A stretch of DNA of 64,000 nt from Minisyncoccota bacterium (lineage in GTDB: Bacteria > Patescibacteriota > Minisyncoccia > Minisyncoccales > CSSED10-335). The translations under genes were made by a program, and so were the position numbers. Shown in pieces: positions 59,552 to 64,000 of this stretch. The stretch spans positions 5,497-69,496 of the forward strand of contig JAQVRO010000001.1 in assembly GCA_028701035.1 (NCBI GenBank). Direction: 5' to 3'. Position 1 is the stretch's first letter, and each line of letters starts with the position of its first letter. Under the pieces are notes generated by a model that was not told where the DNA came from, did not search any database, and saw only the letters and a list, made by a program, of their open reading frames with translations.

Positions 59552-60784
59552 TTAATATGGTTTTGTACTTTCGTATAATAACTTTACTTCGCTTGGAGAC
59601 AAAGCTCGGTTGTATATACGAACATCGTCGATTTGTCCGTTGAAATAATCGACCAGAGAAGACCCGATTAACAATGGATAATTATTATTTATATTATATG
59701 GCCCTGTGCCTGTTTTTCTGATTGTTGTTAGTGACTTAGACTCCCCATCAACATAAACATAATGATTATCCCCTTTTCTTATAGCAACAACATTGTGCCA
59801 ATTACCATCTATAATGTCATCAGTTGTATACAGACGCACTTCATTGTCTGTGTCAGCTCGAACCCACCAACTTATTTTTTTTGATTCACTATGAACTCCA
59901 CCGAATGTCACTGTACCAATATAAATACTAACAAAATTGTATGGATCTATGGACTGTCTTTTTAATACAAGGCCCGCTATCTGGTCATTATTCAGTGCTA
60001 AAAACCATAACGATATTGACAAATCACTTATATTTGGTCTTAATTCAGGAGTATCTCCAATCTCCACATAATCCCCAACTCCATCAAACTCCAGTGCTCT
60101 ATCTTCTTCAAAAAACCTATTCTCCGACCAATCTGGTGCTCCAACTAATGTTCCATGATTATCGTTTCCACTAAAGTCATAGGCTGTTAGTCCTTTACCT
60201 TCGTTAAATGTCCAGTGGCCTACAAGTCCATCTGTTAAAAGCTTATCCGAAGGCTTTGAATTCTTGGCTCTTAAAGTATAAGCAGATATGAATTGGTCTG
60301 AAAAGTCATATTCTGGATAATTCTGCGGATTATAATACGAGGCTCCAATGGTTATTTGTACCGAACCAGGATCTTTAGGAAGACCAACATTTCTAAAGGT
60401 AAGACTATCAATCACTATACTTGATGCTGTTATTTTCTCCTGAGGATAACCTGCCACCTTCATTACAATAGCTCCGTCTTCAAGCCAAAAGAGAACTGGA
60501 TCGTTTTCATTGTTTGTTCTAAGCCATAACATATTTCCTGTTCTACCAGGTAATACTATCGTATCTGCATTCCTTATCTCTGCACCAATCTTTTGCATTG
60601 CAAAACGAACATTGTATGTTACCTCTTCTACAATTTCAGAATTAGAACTAGATGATAAAACATTGACTGCAATACCACCCATAGCCAAAAGAATACCCGA
60701 AAGAAGAAATGTATAAACAAGAAACTCAATAAAAGTAAAGCCTCTCTCCCTTTTCTTATTTAAATTATATTCTTTTAGAATCAT
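59552..60784 (-). CDS. Minor pilin with C-terminal LamG domain
   Basis: RG|FTFIEFLVY; GLVGHW..ALEFDG..GQIDDVRIYNRAL; start probably MILKEY. Confidence 0.86.
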   Translation of the reverse strand: MILKEYNLNKKRERGFTFIEFLVYTFLLSGILLAMGGIAVNVLSSSSNSEIVEEVTYNVRFAMQKIGAEIRNADTIVLPGRTGNMLWLRTNNENDPVLFWLEDGAIVMKVAGYPQEKITASSIVIDSLTFRNVGLPKDPGSVQITIGASYYNPQNYPEYDFSDQFISAYTLRAKNSKPSDKLLTDGLVGHWTFNEGKGLTAYDFSGNDNHGTLVGAPDWSENRFFEEDRALEFDGVGDYVEIGDTPELRPNISDLSISLWFLALNNDQIAGLVLKRQSIDPYNFVSIYIGTVTFGGVHSESKKISWWVRADTDNEVRLYTTDDIIDGNWHNVVAIRKGDNHYVYVDGESKSLTTIRKTGTGPYNINNNYPLLIGSSLVDYFNGQIDDVRIYNRALSPSEVKLLYESTKPY

Positions 60785-60788
60785 AGTA

Positions 60789-61892
60789 TTACCTAACAAC
60801 TTCTATTCTGCCTTGACGACCAACATTAATTTTAACAGAATCGCTACCGTCACTTAGCTCAATAATATTATCATCTACACCATCAAGCCCAGATTCATAT
60901 ATCAACCTTATTTCTTCCGCTGTAAGAGCACGATTGTAGATGCGGATGTCGTCAATAGAGCCGTTAAAAAATTGAGCGTAACCAGATAACGAACCAAGAT
61001 AAAGATTGGCACTTCCCCAATTATTCATGGTTCCACTAAAGGCTATAGTAGCTACCTGCATTCCGTCTATATATAAAAATTTATTCGTTCCGTTCCAGAC
61101 CCCTACCACATTGTGCCAATTTCCATCATTATAAGTTAATGGTGAAGTTAAAGTATTTGAATTGCCCGTATCCGTTAGAGTATAAAACTTTATAATATTA
61201 TTAGTAGAATCATCAACGCCAATAGCGTAACTACTATGAGAAGTATCTAAACGACGAAAGATAAAACAGCGAGTATTTTGAGAAGTATTAAATTTTATCC
61301 ATTGCGATATTGAAACTTGTGTTGTAATTGAATCTAAGCTTGTTCCACTTCCGCAATTCACATAATCGTCTGTTCCATCGAAATCTAGCGCCCCGCCAAC
61401 CTTACCATTTGCCCATGTAGGATCGTTAACCAAAGTTCCGTGGTTCTCCTGACCACTTAAATCGTGTGCTACGCCTCCCTCCCCTTCGTTCATTGTCCAA
61501 TGACCAACCAAGCCCTCAATTTGGGGTTTACCGCTATTATCAAAAACAATCTCTGGAGCTCCAGCAATAGTTATGTCTGAATAAAGTTCAAACACTTCGT
61601 CATATAAAGGATCTCTTTCTTCATAAGAGTTACCTTTAAAAGATGTATATGTTTCTGGTGTAAAATATACTCCCCAAAGGCTATCATCTCTACCTTTCAT
61701 TGACTTTGCCTGTGTTTGTCTTAAAACACTTAATAACTGAGAAGCTTCTTCTTCAACGGATTGTTTTTTTAAAGAACCAAAGCTTATTGGTATTGTCATA
61801 GCTGACAACATTGCAATCATTGAAACAACAAGCATAAGCTCAATGAAAGTGAACCCTTTTTGTCTTTTGCTTTTTTTTATAATCCAAAACAT
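60789..61892 (-). CDS. GspH/FimT-like minor pilin with internal LamG domain
   Basis: KG|FTFIELMLV; LRQTQAKSM; LamG between IVFDNSGKP and IIELSDG..INVGRQGRI. Confidence 0.86.
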   Translation of the reverse strand: MFWIIKKSKRQKGFTFIELMLVVSMIAMLSAMTIPISFGSLKKQSVEEEASQLLSVLRQTQAKSMKGRDDSLWGVYFTPETYTSFKGNSYEERDPLYDEVFELYSDITIAGAPEIVFDNSGKPQIEGLVGHWTMNEGEGGVAHDLSGQENHGTLVNDPTWANGKVGGALDFDGTDDYVNCGSGTSLDSITTQVSISQWIKFNTSQNTRCFIFRRLDTSHSSYAIGVDDSTNNIIKFYTLTDTGNSNTLTSPLTYNDGNWHNVVGVWNGTNKFLYIDGMQVATIAFSGTMNNWGSANLYLGSLSGYAQFFNGSIDDIRIYNRALTAEEIRLIYESGLDGVDDNIIELSDGSDSVKINVGRQGRIEVVR

Positions 61893-61904
61893 ATTTTAGT
61901 GATA

Positions 61905-64000
61905 TTAACGGTTAACATGATACTCTAAACCTCTTTGGTACAAAAACTTTATTTCGTCTTCTGTGAGAGCACGGTTGTAGATGCGAACATCGTCTATAAG
62001 GCCGTTAGTATAATCAACATTAGCCTGATCTCTTTTTCCGATCCATAAGTCATCATCACCAGCAACAACTGCTTTAGGTGTTCCAGAATAAGAACCATTA
62101 ATATATTGTCCATCTATATAAAGCGATAACGTAGTTCCACTCCAAGTCATCATATAATGATGCCAATTATTATCTTGTAGAACTGTATGTCTTTTGTAGT
62201 AACCATCACTCGCCATCATGTCTATCGTTCCGTTATTATGGGATGAATAATAAACCTGATAACCTTCTAATTGATCATGGTTTGCATTCTTTTTCGAAAT
62301 CATGAAACTGCTGTCTATTCCAACTGTTCCTTGAAATTTACTCCACAATGATATTGATAAATCGCTATCTAGCGCCAAACTCGCATCATTTCCCACATCC
62401 ACATAATTTCCGACTCCATCGAAGTCCAAAGATTTGTCGTGGCGGCCATCTACCCATCTAGTGTATCTTATGATAACAATGCCAGAACCACCAGAACCAC
62501 CATCTCCAATGGGAGTAGTGTCGCTATGAGCACCTCCTCCTCCTCCACCACCACCTGTATTGGACAAAGCATCTTCTCCTTTCTGTTCTTCACTACTTGA
62601 AGTGTCATATCCATCACCTCCGTCACCACCACCTCCAGATCCTCCCTCCCCAGGGTTAACTCTATCTATAGTGGCATCGTTTCCCCCAATTGCACCACCT
62701 CCACCACCTGCGAACCAACCATATTCTCCATAATTATCTCCGAAAGTATGACCAAAATAAAGACCGTCTCCACCATCTTGAGCAACTGTTCCATCTGAAG
62801 AACCTCCTGGTTCTGAAGCACCTCCACCACCTGCCGAACTACCACCAGGACCATAATAATCCCCCCCCTTATTTCCTTGATTAAGGGTTCCTGCGCCACC
62901 CTCAACAGGATGATCAACATGCCTTGCACCTCCTCCACCGGATCCTCCACTATGTGGACTATTCTCAGAGATATTGTCAATGCTTGCACCCCTTCCACCC
63001 CCTACTGCTACAAGTGTATCGAATACTGAATTTTCACCATCTTGAGGAGCAGTGTCATTGTACCCACCTGCCCCGCCGTCACCGACATTAATTGAGATAC
63101 TACTTCCTGAGACTACATTGTATGAATCATCGAAAATCAACCCTCCAGCTCCTCCGCCGCCGCCGGCAGTATGATGATAGGTGCCACCATTATTAAGTCC
63201 ACCTCCTCCGCCGCCGCCGACAACAAGAACATCTACTTCCGTTACTCCTTCTGGCACAGTCCAGGTGTGACTACCTACTGTGGTAAAAGCTTCTATACCA
63301 ACATACTTTCCTTTAGAGCCACCTCTCTTGGCTCCATAAATAGTGCCATGATTATTATTCCCAGAACTATCAACAGCTAAATCACCAAATGTTTCATCCA
63401 TATCCCAATGACCGACTAAACCATCTGTGATGTTTTCTGTTTCGTTATAAAGTTTTTGAATTTCTGTTTCTGACAAAGCTCGGTTATAAATGCGGACATC
63501 ATCAATGAGACCATCAAAAAAACTAATCCAATCGCTACCGTTATACCTGCCCCCTATAGTAAAATAATTAGCGCCTTTTTTTAAAGTAGAATCTGATATT
63601 ATAGCACTATTTACAAAAACTCCATCAACATAAATACTGGCTTCTTTGGTAGAGCTATCAAACACACCAACAAAATGAATCCAATCATTAGTTTTTGAAA
63701 TTCCAGAACTAATCTCATAATAACCAGTGCTATCTCTAACAAGAAAAATAAACTCTCCACTTTCATTTATTCTTAAATCATACTGCTCCATTGAATTCTG
63801 TGCTCTTCCAGCGATAATAGTCCATGTATTCGGAACAGTATTTGCTTTTACCCAAGACGAAATAGTAACAGATCCATCTACTTCTGTTTCTGAAGAAGCT
63901 CCCATTGTCACATAATCGTCCACTCCGTCAAAATCTAAATATGATTCTCTATCGTCCGATGCCTCGTTATAAACAGCAGTGCCTCTGCCCTCATTCATTG
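61905..64000 (-). CDS. Large adhesin-like protein with LamG domains and a glycine-rich domain (5' end probably outside the window)
   Basis: The first residues MNEG match the internal HWTMNEG motif seen in the neighbouring gene; two DDVRIYNRAL; VDVLVVGGGGGGG..GGSGIVIIRY. Confidence 0.85.
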   Translation of the reverse strand, partial: MNEGRGTAVYNEASDDRESYLDFDGVDDYVTMGASSETEVDGSVTISSWVKANTVPNTWTIIAGRAQNSMEQYDLRINESGEFIFLVRDSTGYYEISSGISKTNDWIHFVGVFDSSTKEASIYVDGVFVNSAIISDSTLKKGANYFTIGGRYNGSDWISFFDGLIDDVRIYNRALSETEIQKLYNETENITDGLVGHWDMDETFGDLAVDSSGNNNHGTIYGAKRGGSKGKYVGIEAFTTVGSHTWTVPEGVTEVDVLVVGGGGGGGLNNGGTYHHTAGGGGGAGGLIFDDSYNVVSGSSISINVGDGGAGGYNDTAPQDGENSVFDTLVAVGGGRGASIDNISENSPHSGGSGGGGARHVDHPVEGGAGTLNQGNKGGDYYGPGGSSAGGGGASEPGGSSDGTVAQDGGDGLYFGHTFGDNYGEYGWFAGGGGGAIGGNDATIDRVNPGEGGSGGGGDGGDGYDTSSSEEQKGEDALSNTGGGGGGGGAHSDTTPIGDGGSGGSGIVIIRYTRWVDGRHDKSLDFDGVGNYVDVGNDASLALDSDLSISLWSKFQGTVGIDSSFMISKKNANHDQLEGYQVYYSSHNNGTIDMMASDGYYKRHTVLQDNNWHHYMMTWSGTTLSLYIDGQYINGSYSGTPKAVVAGDDDLWIGKRDQANVDYTNGLIDDVRIYNRALTEDEIKFLYQRGLEYHVNR

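Noticed and set aside
57850-64000. Diversity-generating retroelement or shufflon acting on the LamG genes
   Set aside because: No reverse transcriptase, no template/variable repeat pair with adenine-specific differences, and no invertase or inverted cassettes in the window.

Overview
AT-rich bacterial DNA with standard genetic code (TGA used as stop), very short intergenic regions and almost no canonical Shine-Dalgarno sites. Gene content and order fit Patescibacteria/CPR, probably Parcubacteria; this is inferred, not searched. Bases 1-48 kb are mostly housekeeping: a membrane-anchored Clp ATPase, ribosomal proteins, 7 tRNAs, dnaE, gyrB, gatABC, miaAB, two mreB, murA, alaS, tpiA, galT and a P-type ATPase. 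Exceptions are an orphan PAS histidine kinase behind tRNA-Val that resembles methanogen (Methanomicrobiales-type) kinases, and an unannotated 55-aa hyperacidic ORF with its own promoter and terminator. Bases 48-64 kb are a type IV pilus/competence locus and hold the most interesting signal. (1) A REP-associated tyrosine transposase (RAYT) has a family of hairpin repeats at six sites, one inside its own gene. (2) A 3.9-kb dprA-yraN-comM-RAYT block is bracketed by a diverged direct repeat made of a promoter, first codons and a REP. (3) Pilin-type adhesins carry LamG modules with conserved ends and divergent cores, inserted in frame into pilin loops, circularly permuted or nested inside each other.
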